In this document: positions 11,241-24,929 of the stretch, one piece after another | Position numbering within the stretch: position 1 is the stretch's first letter | Layout of the letters: every line of letters begins with the position of its first letter | DNA from: Strigamia acuminata | Lineage: Eukaryota | Reading direction: 5' to 3' | NCBI GenBank assembly: GCA_949358305.1 | Contig: OX442314.1 | Span: forward strand, 5,890,001-5,954,000 | Length of the DNA: 64,000 nucleotides | Notes under the pieces: model-generated | The model's database searches: none | Told to the model about the DNA's origin: nothing | The model's input: only the letters and a program-made list of their open reading frames with translations | Program-made: the position numbers and the translations under genes

Positions 11241-12589
11241 ACTTAGATTCAATCTCCTTACAAGCTTAAGCTTAGTTCTATTGGCAAATATAATCTTCTA
11301 CTAATACTCTCACTGCTTTTACTGACCCCGAGTCTTATTTCGGTGATGCGTAAAATCCGCGAGAATGGTTGGCGCGAAATTCCAATTTGCACCAACCAAT
11401 CTCGCTAGGGACAGCAGAAGATCCAAAAGCGCGACGTCGCACTTGCTGATCAGTAAGTGGTACTCTGGTCCTGTGCACTAAACGTGCGCAATAAGCTAGT
11501 TTTGGTGTAACAAAGGAATTTGTTGCACCAAATCCATTGGTTCTGCAAATTACCCTGGCTAAGAGAGGGCGAAGTGTGCCTGGGGAGTTTCCACCCCCAA
11601 GAGACACTTGGCTTGTGTTTAAGTGGTGTTGATGATTTTATATGACATAAAATCAGGATCACCACAAACTAAAATAATTAATACATATTAAATTGAACAT
11701 TGTGTATATAGTAAATTTTTTTGAGATACCCTTAGTGTATTGTGTAGTGTGTAGTGTAGTGTGTAGTGTAGTGCTTGTATTATCAGGCTAGTTTTATGTG
11801 GGCCACCCCGTAGTTACAGCACATTCACACTAAATGATTTCAACACTACATGGTGCTTGCTTTGCTATTACGCCATCAGCTTTATGAGCAGTTACTTGTA
11901 CTTGACTATAATTAAAATTGCACTCTAGATCTAGCTGAAACTTCTGAAAATTGACTGTAATCTCTCAATTATTTTCTAGAAAATACACACAACATAATAG
12001 TTGAGCTTATGTTTACATTTGAATTCCTACAACCTTCAGATGTATGCTACCATGATATGAAGGTAAGCTAAAATCATTAAACAGATAAATACCTTACCCT
12101 CAACAGACTAGAATCCAAACGACTGGATTTCTGTAAATCAGGATTGAAGAAATTTTAAGAGGGGTTCCAAAATAAAAACCTAGTCGTTTGGAGCAGCAGA
12201 AGCAGACCAACCATGTGTTGCGCCATCAAATTTGGAATATTCCTCTGTTTTTTAAACTTTCAGCTTGAGACCACTTTAGCGATGGCCATTTTAGCGACTG
12301 GGTCATTTTAGCAACTTAGGCGACGCTAAAGTGCCGTCGCTAAAACGGGGTCACTATAATGTACCCGATTCAATATGCAGCCACATAATTTTTAATTATT
12401 TCTAATATTATTCAGTTATTCCTAAATAATCTAGCTGAGGAAGTTAACATTTTGGAACCATTGGCGTTAATCTATGGATGGACAAATGATGTTATACTTC
12501 GAGAATTTATGGTAACAAATTAAACAATATACCGGTATGTAAAAAATGTAGTATATCATGTTTACAGAGTATACTGAACTTTATTTTAT

Positions 12590-14695
12590 TGTAAACTATT
12601 AAAGCTGACTCCAAATAAACAAAATGGCGGACCCGCTGGTCCGCGACGCACACACTAGCTTGTTAAAATTCAAAGTGACTTTATTAACAAAACAAACTGA
12701 TTAAATATGAGACTGGTCAGCCCTGATTGGCTGACCACAAGGAACAGCCCCCAATTGGCTGTCTACCCCCAAAACGTCTATCGGACATATTCGCGTATGT
12801 CCGCCCGCCCCCTGGCGATCGTTATCGCCCGTCGAAACCCGAAAAACTCCACACTCGGTCATCCGACTAAACGTCGGCGTCCTCGCCGACGCCTTGTCCT
12901 CTGCTCCCGACATTGCGTCGTCTTTGAACCTCCATTTCCTCATCCGATCACTTGATTTGAGTCTCGTACGCCGATTTCGATTTGTCTTGTTTCCAACTCT
13001 TTGCCTGCGCTTTTTCTCACCGCTCGTTTTATTCTCGTGGCCCGTTTTCCGATCCTCTACGCCTCTCGTGGGTCGAATCAACGCCACCTCCTTCTCTTCC
13101 GCTCGCGTCCCCGTTGCATCGCCGCTCGTTATTCTAATTTTCCGTCGTTTTCCGTTCCTTCGTCGTTGGTTTTCCATCCCTCCATCGCCGTTTGATCCCG
13201 CCATTCCTAGGCCTACGTTAATTTCATCCGGACTCGTCTCACTCGCTTCAGATCTCAAGTCAATTCCATCTAAATTCACGCCTAATTCATCCGTCTTTGC
13301 ATTTAGATTCGATTTAAATGTTTCGGCATTTGTCCCGTCTTCTTCGGCTCGGAAATCGCGTCTATCTCCGCCGCCCTCGAACGTCGCGTATCGTGCTTCT
13401 CTGCCCGGCAGGAGCCCGTCCAACGCGTTGTTTCCGTCAAATTCCACTGGCTGCGCATCCAATTCTTCCGATCTTGCATCGTCTGGACTCGTCTCGATTG
13501 CGTCTTCGTCGTGAATTATCGCCAACACGATCCCCGTTTCTTCCGCTGTCACCGACTTGCCCGAGTTGATTTCTTCGGCAGCTACTCGTGCTTTCGTGTC
13601 GACCTCGTTCATCGCGATTTCCCTCGGTCCGTCGTTGATTCCTGTTACCGGCTTCGCCGCAATTTCATCTTCGCTTTGAGCCGTCTCCTCTTCATCGCTT
13701 TCGTCATCTTCTTCGTCGTTTATGTCCTCTTCTGCGACTCCTAGCTCTATAATTACGGCTTGTCGCAACGCGATAATCATATTGCGCTTTCGTTTCGACA
13801 GCGCAATATTCCGCCCAACCAACAGTGGCTTGATATCTTCGATTCTCAACTTGTCCCACTCAGCCTCAGTTGGAAATTCTCTACGTCTGATCTTTGCTAA
13901 AACTGCCTTTGATGCGGCCCTCTTTTCGTTCGTAATCTTCGTCGTGTTCTTCACTTCTTTCGTCTTTTTTTCCAACGACTGGTTCCATATCGCCGTAAAT
14001 TCTGCTGTTAATCGCGCCGCTTCTTCTTCAATCTTCATCCATCTAGATGTTGGAATTTCTTCGCGTAGGAATTTTTCTAAAATCGCTTTTGTTCCGGCCA
14101 TCGCAATTCGGCTAACCTTCGTAACACGTGTTGTTCCAGCGAATCGACTCTCGTTTCCCGAACCGTCCACGCGCTATTTGCTACCCCGAACTCCGCTTCC
14201 GTTGCCAAAAACAATCGTCGCTTTTTCTACTTCTTCTACTTTTCGTCTACTTTCGTCTACTTTTTCGTCTACTTCTCGTCCCGTAACTCGGCTAACCCTC
14301 GTAACGCGTGGTGTTCCAGCGAATCGTCTCTTCTATTCCCGAACCGGCCACGTAGTTAATTGTTAACCCGAATTTCGTCTGCTTATTCATCTACTTTATC
14401 GTCGCTTAAGATCCATCTATCCCACTTCTGATGTAAACTATTAAAGCTGACTCCAAATAAACAAAATGGCGGACCCGCTGGTCCGCGACGCACACACTAG
14501 CTTGTTAAAATTCAAAGTGACTTTATTAACAAAACAAACTGATTAAATATGAGACTGGTCAGCCCTGATTGGCTGACCACAAGGAACAGCCCCCAATTGG
14601 CTGTCTACCCCCAAAACGTCTATCGGACATATTCGCGTATGTCCGCCCGCCCCCTGGCAATCGTTATCGCCCGTCGAAACCCGAAAAACTCCACA
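12590..14695 (-). mobile_element. Non-autonomous LTR retroelement with a single ORF
   Basis: 264-bp LTRs 12590-12853 and 14432-14695 (one mismatch seen), TG...CA ends, 4-bp TSD TTAT, PBS-like TCAGAAGTGGGAT (tRNA-Leu) on the minus strand. Confidence 0.9.
12701..14170 (-). CDS. Gag-like protein (up to 489 aa) with SAP-like motif, acidic and basic low-complexity tracts
   Basis: Open frame fills the element. WDKLRIEDIKPLLVGRNIALSKRKRNMIIALRQ resembles a SAP helix-loop-helix. No protease, RT or integrase motifs. True start may be MAGTK. Confidence 0.6.
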   Translation of the reverse strand: MDGSGNESRFAGTTRVTKVSRIAMAGTKAILEKFLREEIPTSRWMKIEEEAARLTAEFTAIWNQSLEKKTKEVKNTTKITNEKRAASKAVLAKIRRREFPTEAEWDKLRIEDIKPLLVGRNIALSKRKRNMIIALRQAVIIELGVAEEDINDEEDDESDEEETAQSEDEIAAKPVTGINDGPREIAMNEVDTKARVAAEEINSGKSVTAEETGIVLAIIHDEDAIETSPDDARSEELDAQPVEFDGNNALDGLLPGREARYATFEGGGDRRDFRAEEDGTNAETFKSNLNAKTDELGVNLDGIDLRSEASETSPDEINVGLGMAGSNGDGGMENQRRRNGKRRKIRITSGDATGTRAEEKEVALIRPTRGVEDRKTGHENKTSGEKKRRQRVGNKTNRNRRTRLKSSDRMRKWRFKDDAMSGAEDKASARTPTFSRMTECGVFRVSTGDNDRQGAGGHTRICPIDVLGVDSQLGAVPCGQPIRADQSHI

Positions 14696-16774
14696 TTATA
14701 AAATAGATTATACAAAGAAATACAAAGCGCAATCCATGTGAAGACAACAAAACTACATATTTGATGTGTAAAAATGCTTGTATACAAAACAATTTATTTA
14801 GAAGCATTAACTGCAGGTATACTAGCCAATTGACACATTTTGTTTTATTCACATCTCAGTGCTGATTTGGTGAACTGGCATGAATGTTTATATTTATTCA
14901 AACATCTATGTTTGCTTGTTTCACATTTAATTTTATTTATTGTCACATTTTATTGTCATCTATTTCTTAATTACTTGTTATAATGACATTTCAGATTGCC
15001 TTATATGACAGCATCAAATTTACCATATTGCAACACTACAAAAGATGCTACTACCACTCATCTAATGTACTTCAATAACTACGCATCGAATCAAAAACAG
15101 TGCAAATGTAAGCGACCTTGCAAAAATATGTTTTACCAAACTATTTTGCATAGGAATAAGATGCCAGTCAACTTTTACACGTTTGTGATCTTTCGATTAG
15201 TTGATAGTTTAACCGAGACGATGGAAGAGCAGCAGAAATATCCAATGTCTCAATTGTTAAGCGATATCGGCAGCATTCTAGGATTAACTTTGGGACTGTC
15301 ATTATTATCGTTCTACATTTGCATTCTAAACACTTTTAATTGGTTCAGAGACTGTTTTGTAAATCGTCGTTAATTTTGGGGCGTTGTTTACAATTTTCAA
15401 ATCACAATTGCACAATTACACAATTTTAGACAACTTTTCCAAATTTTTCCAATTGCCATTATATTTCGATTTGAGTTGCAAAAACTATTTTGCGATGAGT
15501 CAAATGCCTTTTGAACCCCCAGCACATCTCACAATCTAAACTCTACTGCAAAGGCACTAATAATTGAAAAAGTAGAAATTCATGTATCAGTTAGACTTCC
15601 GTATATTATTTCATTGTACGATGTAATTGTAAGTTTAAGCATTAATAAATCAACTTCGTTTTCGTGTTGTTCCATTATGGTGTTAGCATCCGTTCTTTAT
15701 CATTAATATAAAACTAATAACGCAGTTTTTCTCTGAAGGACAGGACATCTAAATCAGCTACCGCAAGTAATTAACGGTTGTCGATTCGTTTCTGCCACGC
15801 GGTTGCCAATTTTATATCGCACACCGGATGTTGTAAAAATAATTTAAAGAGTTGCACAAATTTATCTCACCTGCTTGTTGGTGTATTTTGTGCCAAGGAA
15901 TTGATTACCATTGATGGTTTTTGAGACAACATCACGGACAGGTGGGATTTCTGAGGATGGTTTTTCGGCCATTTGCGTCTACCTCGCACTTTTGATGACG
16001 TCAGATATCCAGAATTTGGGGTTTAACTCAATTTTGAAGTGATTTTAAGATCAGTAAGATAATATTAAATGTTTCTATTAATTATAATATTATTCGATGT
16101 TTTGAAATAATGAATACGTTACTTGATTGGAATGTACCGGCATTTAAAATTATCTCGTTGAAATTGGTCTACAAAGTTTGTTGGAGTTTTTGAGATATCC
16201 TATGATTTTCTACGAGTTGTTATTTTGGACCTGACAGGTCGTTTTCTTGTGATTAAAGGATTGATTGCGAAATTAGTTAGATCTATTCATGGATGTGTTT
16301 CCACAGAAGCTCTGAAGATACTTATTATTTTAAAATATCGTTTTCTGATTATGTAAGTTAATCTGTATAAATTCAGTCATGATTTGTAATTATTGTTGCT
16401 GTTTTATAGATCAGTACCTAGTGGAATTGGCATGCACTGCTCGATCTTACCTTGAGCCGGCCATGTTGAATTGTGTATATTACCGGTATTTGATTATTGA
16501 TTGTAAAATGTAGTTGTAATTTCAAGAATTAATAAATCAGCTTCGTTTTCATGTGACAAAAAATTAATTATTAAAAGAAAAATCATTTTGGACAAAAATA
16601 CGCGTATTCTTGTGAAAAATGCGATTTTCATGACTATCTGGGGGCACTTTGGAATTGAAGGGGGTTGGCAATGGCACCCCGACACATCACGTAACACATC
16701 GGAAACACTCCAAAAACTGCTCTGCATCTCATCGTTGTGCCACAAGAAGCATTCAATGATTAGAAAAAGAAACC

Positions 16775-18604
16775 TGGAGTGTCTCGCACTCCATAGGTCA
16801 GTCTTGACCACCTATCTTGTAATAAAATCACTCTTGTCACCCATCACCAACAATGACGGTCGCACATTAATTCAATCCAACACCATCACGAAAACGATCA
16901 GCAGAAAACACTACATTGACGACGAGGATTTGATCATTATGTACCCACGTACGATACAGTAATGTCTACGAACTTTTTTTTGAGTGTTTTTGCGTGCCTG
17001 ATGTTGTTTCTGACCACCATTTTTAGCCATTTTTAACCATTTTAACCATTTTTAGCGAACTTTGTGTGGGTCTTTCAACGCCTTTCAGCCACGCTGACCA
17101 CGTCGTGACCACACTTTAGACCTAAGGGTCTTTCAACTGTTGCCAGTGTTCGTTCGCAAGTCTCCCTGAGAAATGGATCTGCAAGTAACCGTAACCCAGC
17201 CTTCCAACCGTTACTTATTCCAGAATTTATGTGTGCTCAAATTAACCCTTTTTTCAAACCTGTTCGGACTGTCCACTATGCGGCCCACGCATTAGTCCTA
17301 AGGGTACAGTGCGTTTTGTGTGCTTTGTGTATTTTCTTGTGCGTCGACTCCACCATGGCAGATATAATCGGTTTGTTACAGCCTTTCTGCCAGGAGCACG
17401 ACTGGTCACGTTCTTGCTGGCCAATTGCAAAATTTTTATTTTGTGTGTTTAAAAGAAAATTCGTTGCGCGCAAAAGTTGCGGCATCCATCTCCAGTGTTG
17501 GGCCGCAACTGGCTTGTCGAGCTCGATCTGCAACCACATGAGAGCGGCGGTCCACTCCGTGGCCCCTCTCATCTGCTCCAGCTCCAAGTTTCGCACCTCT
17601 TCTGTCCACATTTCGGACCCGACGGTGACATCCGTTTTTCGATCGTGCAGTCGGCTCCAGTGCCACCGCTCTCGATTGTGCCACCTGCTCCTGTGCAAGT
17701 GCACCAACCAGTTCCACTCGTGGAGGCAGAATGCTTCACCTCCAATCGCTGGGACGCGTTAGATTCCTGCACTCCTGCTACCAACTCGTGTGGATGCTCT
17801 TCAAGTCATGCTACTGACTCCCACACCAGTTCATACAGTCGTTGAACCTTTGTGCCGGCGTGTGCATTGCAAATGATGTCACGAACGATCGTCGGTCTAG
17901 CCGCACTTTTCGCCTTCAAAACGCTATCGTACGCGTTGGGCACGGGCCACTTTTAGCCCTCTTTTGTTTGACTTTGTGTGAGGGGAAGAGAGAGTCGTTC
18001 CGACTTACATTTCTTCTCCCGGTACAGCTGCTGAATCCTCAAATTCAATTATTGTTCATGTATCATGTTGCATTTCAATGTTTAACGTTATTCATTGTTG
18101 TAATCAAAATTTATGTTATGTTCAATTTTACAAGTTTCATATCGTGCATAATTCAGTAGTTTTAAAATCCAAGTATTTTATTGTTCAATTTAAATCTGCA
18201 TTTCATGTCAAACTGTCACTTTGAATTTACTAATTGCTCTCCTAGTTGGTTCACAATTGAGGGGATGATGGAGTGTCTTCACTCCAATGCATGTTACTTG
18301 TTACCTTTTAATTCATTGTTCAATTGATTGTTTTTAAACCCACTTTAATTACATTGCATCCTTGTAGATCAATTGATTTCACTGTATTCTAAATTGTTCC
18401 TTCCCCCATTCCACAATTGAGGGGATACTGGAGTGTCTCGCACTCCATTGGTCAGTCTTGACCATTGTTATATATTGTGACGCTGCTACTACAGCGCCAC
18501 CTATCTTGTAATAAAATCACTCTTGTCACCCATCACCAACAATGACGGTCGCACATTAATTCAATCCAACACCATCACGAAAACAATCAGCAGAAAACAC
18601 TACA
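16775..18604 (+). mobile_element. Internally deleted Mag-like gypsy derivative
   Basis: LTRs 16775-16915 and 18429-18604, 5-bp TSD AAACC, PBS-like TGACGACGAGG, polypurine tract GAGGGGA. Remnants MADIIGLLQPFCQEHDW (gag start) and PVLGRNWL (protease end). Confidence 0.82.
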
Positions 18605-19073
18605 AAACCTTAGGCTGAAAATGGCGCACGAGCCCTCATTTTGATACACTTTATAATCTCACTTGTCAAGATTACCGATCCAAGACAGTGTTTGCCTCAT
18701 AAAAGCCAGAAAAGATAAAGGTGAATAATACTGTAGCAACGCTCAAAAGAGGGATGGTCAAAATAGCAACGCCTAGAAAGATAAAGCCATTGCTTGTTTT
18801 ACTATTTCCAGAGTCGCTATTATGATGGGAAATTAACGAGCGACACTCATTTCAGCATTGCATTTCTAGTGTTTTCCGCCAGAAATGATTAAGAGATCAC
18901 AGTGCTGATTCATTAATGCTGAAAGACAACGAAATAAAAGATGATCTGAATAATTGAAAAATGTTTATTTATATTTGAAATTACAATTTAAATTTGTTTT
19001 AAATCTGTGCCAGATTGTGCTGAAATTAATAAACTTTAATTTCATTCATGCACTGTGATTGAAAATAATTCTT

Positions 19074-22000
19074 TCACGTAAAAATTGGTTTAATAAACTT
19101 GGTAGTTTTGTGAGTTAAAAACCAATTATAAGTGTTTATAATCCAAATGTAAAATGATAGCAATGACATTCCCAAAGCTAAGCCTACAATACTGCCGACA
19201 TCACATAGCAATTGAGGTGTTGGATACGCCTGTTTCTCGGTTATGGTCTCAATGAAACTATCTGCTAATTTCACCTCCACAACTGTGTAAAATTCATAAT
19301 CCAATTTTACATCAAACAGAGAAATTTGGTAGAAAACATTTGTACAAAGCCGTTTGCATTTGCATCTTTTTTGATTCGAGTCATAATTGTTTAAAAACAT
19401 GAAATGGGCTCGAGTAATGTCTTGTGTAGTGTTGCAATCTCGCAAAGCAGATGTTGACATGTAGGGCAAGCTGAAACAAGCAGTTGTTGAATCAAAATAA
19501 TTTGTCACATATGGTGTTACAAGTACCTGCAATTAATCACTTGATATAAATTATTATGCGTGCAAGCAGATCGACACTTCGTATAAGTATCTTTGTTTGT
19601 TTCACATGGATTACGCTTTGTATCTCTTCGTTCAATCTACTTCGTATAAATTAAGTCAGTTTAAGCATTAAAAAATTCTTTTTGATCTTTGTTACCTTAA
19701 ACATTTTAAACATTATTGTATTAACCCATCCATAGTTCATCTTCAGTGGTGCCAAAATATTAACTTGCTCATCTGGGTTATTTACAAAACCCTGAAAAAG
19801 ACAGTGCAGAAAGATGTGCATACCGGTTATTCATATTTGTGTTTATCTAATTCCCTTAAATTTATCGTAACGTAACAAAAGATAGACTACGTATTCGTTT
19901 GTGCAATGGTTAAATAGTATATACCCATAAATGCTGTTTACAAACTTTTGGTGGATACAAAAATTCGAACGAAACGCGAAGGGTGTCAAAGAGATGCGAT
20001 TTGTCTAAAAGATTGAAAAGAACAAATAAAATCAATGTTAGTGATTGTCATTATTTATTGAAAATGAAAATGTCATCACATATGTTTCTAACACTCCAGA
20101 ATAACGTTAAAACTTTTGCGCCTGGTAAATCAAACTGAAAAATCACCCGCTGTGTGCACAAAAATTAAATTATACAGTGCATCATTTAAACTTGTATTTT
20201 TGTTAACAAAAACCAAGACTTCAGGCACAGACTACAGCAAATTCCCTACATACATACTACAAGTCCAGATGAATAAATTATTAATACTAAATTAAGAAAA
20301 CAGTTTAAATTTTATGGTTATTCATTGGCCCACTTGTATTTGCAGTTTTCGCTTTACTTAATGGTTTGGCGGTAAAAACCTTTGCAATCTTGCAATCGCG
20401 GTAGTTTCTTGCTACGGAAAATCATGGCAATAGATATTTATAGTTGTTTACTAAATTACCTGCATTTAGTTGTGAACAATGACCAAAAGGAAGTGGAATA
20501 AGACTTTTTGTAATGTTTAGTGTTGTATTATATCCATACGAATACTACTGGCAAATATATCAATTATTAACAACTCAAATTATTGTTCAAGTGTTTTAAC
20601 CGTCTTACCTCAGTTACATGATCATTAGTATTGATTGATTCATGGATATTGACAACACTCCAAATATCTTCCAACGATAAATCATTGCTGAACAATTGCC
20701 AGGGTATTTGCAAGTTATCGCAGGTTTTGTTCGTGTCTTCAAGTAAATTTGATCTGGCTCGGTCCATTCCATCATTTTGTTCTTCACCACAGACTGTGAC
20801 GGAAGGAAATTCAGTGTGGCGCAGTAGAACTACACTAATGACTTTTGTTACTGGTTCATCTATGTAGTAATTGAAACGATATTGCAACATGTATACAGTA
20901 AATCCTGTGCTAATTATCGCCAAAATTAACTTGAGCTTCATTAATATTCCATTTGTTTTCATTTTCTGATCACTAGCAACTTTTGTCTTCTTACACAGCC
21001 CATAAAGATGCTGAATCTTATTAACGGGTCTTGTTTTAGAAATGTTTGATGCAAAGCAGTATAAATACCAGATGACTTCGGTTAACGAGATTATGGACAG
21101 ACCGAGAAACAGTCCCAAATTGCCTCCTAAATCTGATAGTAAAGCAATAACATCGTACGCGTAACGTTCTTCATACACATTAATTCGCTCATTGGTAATT
21201 GCTAAAGAAATGGATATCATTTTTTTATTCTCGATTGCCCCTATTTCAACATATGGTTTAGAAATCAGTTGTTGACACGGACGACGACATAGGCAATCAG
21301 CAAATGGATCGGTGTTATCAATTATTTTATTTGCCGCACCGTATTGTTCTAGTGCCTCATTTGAACATGTACAGCGAGATAAATTGGTTTTCAAATAAAT
21401 AAATGGAAAACTAGAACGAAAAAACTGTAATCAATAATTATCTGATTTTTGTTGAGACCCAGACGAAATTTTTGAAACTTTGAATTTTGAACTCCAAATA
21501 ATAGTGAAGCAACAAAATTCCAGTGCTTTTATCACAATATGGATAACAGTTTAGATTGCCAGACACTGGCAAATATAGAAAATGTTTCTCTTTTCCTGTT
21601 TTGTAAAAACTAATAAGCTTGCTAGGAATGTGTTACCCAAACAATAAATGCACACTCACATAATAAGCATCCAGGGACAATGTATCCATGGATTTAGGCC
21701 TTTAACTGTTGTTTAAGGGTTGGCGAATGCTAGCTATGACCCTGTGACTGGTATGGTCTTCGCCAAGCTAACCCGGGGCCTGGTTATCCTGGTTTGGGAC
21801 GCATACTCACTAAATAAATGACACAGACTCCCTATTATTGGTGGTTGGCCTTTAATATGTTGTCTAGGGGTATGGGGAATCTCCTCACCCGTTGCGGCAA
21901 CCGACCCGTCACATGCGGGGCGTGAGCCCCATGGGTGACCTGGTCGGTTCAACATAGCATTCATGTCGTACTCACCTACGACTCGTGCATCCACTCATGG

Positions 22001-23820
22001 AGAGTGCACTATGGAGACCGCCATAGTACTGAGCTTCTTCGTGGTGAATGGCAAGGAGTGCAGAGTTCACAGCCCGGGACACGTCCTGTCCCTTCGATGG
22101 TTACAGCTCCTCAGCTCTCTCCCGGTCAGAGAGGTCCTTTCGTCTCTCTCACGGCCGGTAACAGACTGAACCTCACTCCTCTCTTCATCACACCACTCGG
22201 CTTCCTCCTCCCCCAGGCTAGATCAGTTCACCCAATGAGGGGATGACCTTTGGGGCCGTTTGGTGGTGTGTGTTGCAGTGCCGCAGATCACCTGGGTGGC
22301 CAAGCAGTCACAACCCCTAAAGGGCTTGCCATGTACAGTAGCAATACAAAACTGATAATAAAGGACTGCAATACAGGACTGATAAACCCCATGTACAGTG
22401 TAGGGTGAATCCTGATTACTCTTGTTTTAAAAGTGTGCATTCCTTAAGCTGTGCTGGGCTACTTAATCTCATTTTTAGTAGGACTTTCCGGAATGTGTGG
22501 TACATTTCGTGCTACTTTTGATTTCGCAAAATCTCGTGGTGGATACAGCTAAAAATGCTCATTCTGCAGGTGAGCTACAAGCTAGGCTGAGACGATTTTT
22601 ATTACTAAGCCTGTACAGGTTGAAAGATCCATTCGTCTGTTGTTCCTAACTTCTAAACCGATTGACATATATGCAATAAAATAAATTCATATTCACGATT
22701 TACCTGCAAGTTAGCTTCTTATTTAATTTTGTTTTCAGGCAACTGTGGAAACAGTTCCTGTACTCATTTTCAGTGGAGCATAAATTTATAGTTGAATTGA
22801 TAAATATGTACTGAAATGAAATACAAGTTGGATTAAAAACAAATGGGACAAAAATAGACCACAAATTTTAAAATTTCACTTTTTTGTAACTCAAATTGAT
22901 TTTTGAGTTTATCCCAAGGAATGTATACGTTTTAAAATAAGGTCTTTCAAACTCATTTAACGTTAGAAGAATCTAATGCAAATAAGTAAAATCAGTATTG
23001 TTATTACATAATGTTAGAAAAATTACATAGTAAGGAGTTGCAGGGCAGATATAATCATAAAGTTTTTCAATATCAACCGTCAGCGATTTTCCAACAAATG
23101 ATTTACTGGAATCTTTACCAAAACAAAAGAATGTCGAGAGATTTAATCCTCTGTATTAAGTAATAGTTAACAGTAACATATTTACGAAATTGAAATTCCG
23201 AGCACATTCCATGAGTAGTGTAGGTTTCTGTCTGACCAACTGTTTTATTTGAATATCCCTATGAAACAATATCGCAATCATTATTTTCTTCACAAAAAAT
23301 GATTCAGCTCCATTACTTTCATTTTTATGCTAACTATCTCTTTTGTCATATTGGTTGCTTTCCAAAGTTCATCCATGTTGTAGGTTGGAATTTCCATCAG
23401 AGTTTTCACCATATTTGCACATTCAAAAGGCTTTGAGTCAATATCATCTAGTTTTTTAGTTGTGAAGTGTGGATACGTTTTATTCCAAAGCCTGGCCATT
23501 TCTTTTGTATTGCTACTACAGATCAACAAGTTGGGTAGAAGAACCTCCTCCGCTTTGGTCGTCACATCAACGGCCGTAGGATAACTTAAGTAATGCATTA
23601 TTCTGTCATACGTCTGGTAAATGAACATGCATGTGCAAAATATGAGCAATAGTAGCCAAAATGCATGATGCCTGCTCCAATGTTTTCTACTGTTTACAAA
23701 ATCATCCAAACCTATTATACCACAGTTTGGTTTATTGGCATCAGCCTTAATCATCAGTTGAATCGAAGGACGCAGTTTTCGTAATCTTCGTCTATTTCCT
23801 ACGGTCAAGTAATTCTGCAT
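19074..23820 (-). CDS. Copy B: two-module DEG/ENaC channel, 11 exons, ~810 aa
   Basis: Exons 23820-23317, 23258-23186, 23112-23027, 22972-22880, 22810-22704, 21410-20609, 20544-20460, 20004-19925, 19791-19696, 19636-19527, 19470-19074 (2433 nt, in frame, GT-AG). Motifs YLSYPT..LPNLLIC, CLCRRPC, SDLGGNLGLFLGLS, FPSVTVC, CKCKRLC, CDVGSIVGLALGMS. Confidence 0.9.
21743..22312. mobile_element. Solo LTR (TGTGAC...GTCACA family) in intron 5 of B
   Basis: 4-bp TSD ACCC. Reverse-complement homolog of 60566-61148. Confidence 0.8.
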
Positions 23821-24929
23821 TATAATTCTGATAATTGAGTCAGACCAGAGATGAGTTCAGACTTGTCTAGCACAATTGATGTCTTAATAAATTATCCAAG
23901 TAAATGCGGACGTCTCTAATGGCAAAATGGTGCCAAAGTTCAATTAAAAACTACAAAATTGTAATGTTTACCATCGACAGTGCTAATTACCACATGGTGC
24001 TTGAAGGAAATTCTTTTTTTTAAAACTCTATGGTCCTCTCAAGTTCAGAGCTTGTTTGTTCGGTGTTGTATCTTTCAGTAAACAAGGTAACTACGTTGTT
24101 CGTTTCTCGTGGAATTCAAAATTGATCCGAGTTTTTATTCCCTAGTAACACTTGTAAAACTCGTAAAATAAAAATTATCCAAGCAGCAGGAATATTGATA
24201 TACTGTAAAATTCCATTGATTTCGTAAGTAGAAGGCAAGTGTCAGATACTAATAAAAACTTGCACGTCTCTCACTCATGAGGTGGAGAGACAAGGAAGCG
24301 AGTAAAATTTTAAAGGTTGCTTTTACTTGAAAAAGCGGCTAAAAACTCGCCCGCTTGAGCAAACACAAGCTTGCGTTTTTATTCAAAGCTTGTACTGACC
24401 CTGTCCAATCAAATTGAGGTTGATTTACCAGCTGCAAGGTTGCTGGTGTTTTAGTCATGTGACTGACAACCAATCAGAAGCGTGAGGAAATTGTTGGAGG
24501 AGATTTTGGCGGGAATTTTTGACTAGCTACCTAGCTAGCTTGAGTTTGCGGGTCAAGTGACCTTGTAAATGGCTAGTTCACTCTTGCACCATTCAGATTT
24601 TGGCTTCTACTTATACTTTTGGTTCTTGAAGGTGACTTCTCAGACCAGCAACCAAAGCTTTACATCAATGTAGCAATCCACACATGAAAATTTTAAATCT
24701 CTTGTGTTATAAAGTTTAAAAACAAATTAAGTCTGATCACCATAATTGTCAGTTTGAACTGCATGAACAAGAATCATTCTTGTAAAACTGAAATTGCCCG
24801 TAGTTTCCTCAGAATATATTTTTAGACTACACATTAATAGGCCCATTCAATGTAATGTATAACTGAAAGTGGTTACACACAGGTCCCAGTGAAGGGAGAA
24901 CGACAAGTAAGCTGATCCATGATTTCATA

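Larger units (their letters stand above)
4314..15373 (+). pseudogene. Copy A: two-module DEG/ENaC channel gene, disrupted
   Basis: Exons ~4314-4820, 4875-4947, 7119-7210, ~7253-7366, 7430-7515+10049-10069, 10125-10900, 10960-11044, ~11980-12062, ~12416-12510, 14707-14816, 14995-15373. Both TM2 motifs present (SDLGGNLGLFLGLS, SDIGSILGLTLGLS). Exon 5 is split by a solo LTR and exon 6 has an ~8-nt deletion near 10200 relative to B/D. Confidence 0.82.

Noticed and set aside
10893..11252. Repetitive ORFs or CRISPR-like array
   Set aside because: 20-bp head-to-tail units with no unique spacers, intronic, no cas genes, eukaryotic context.
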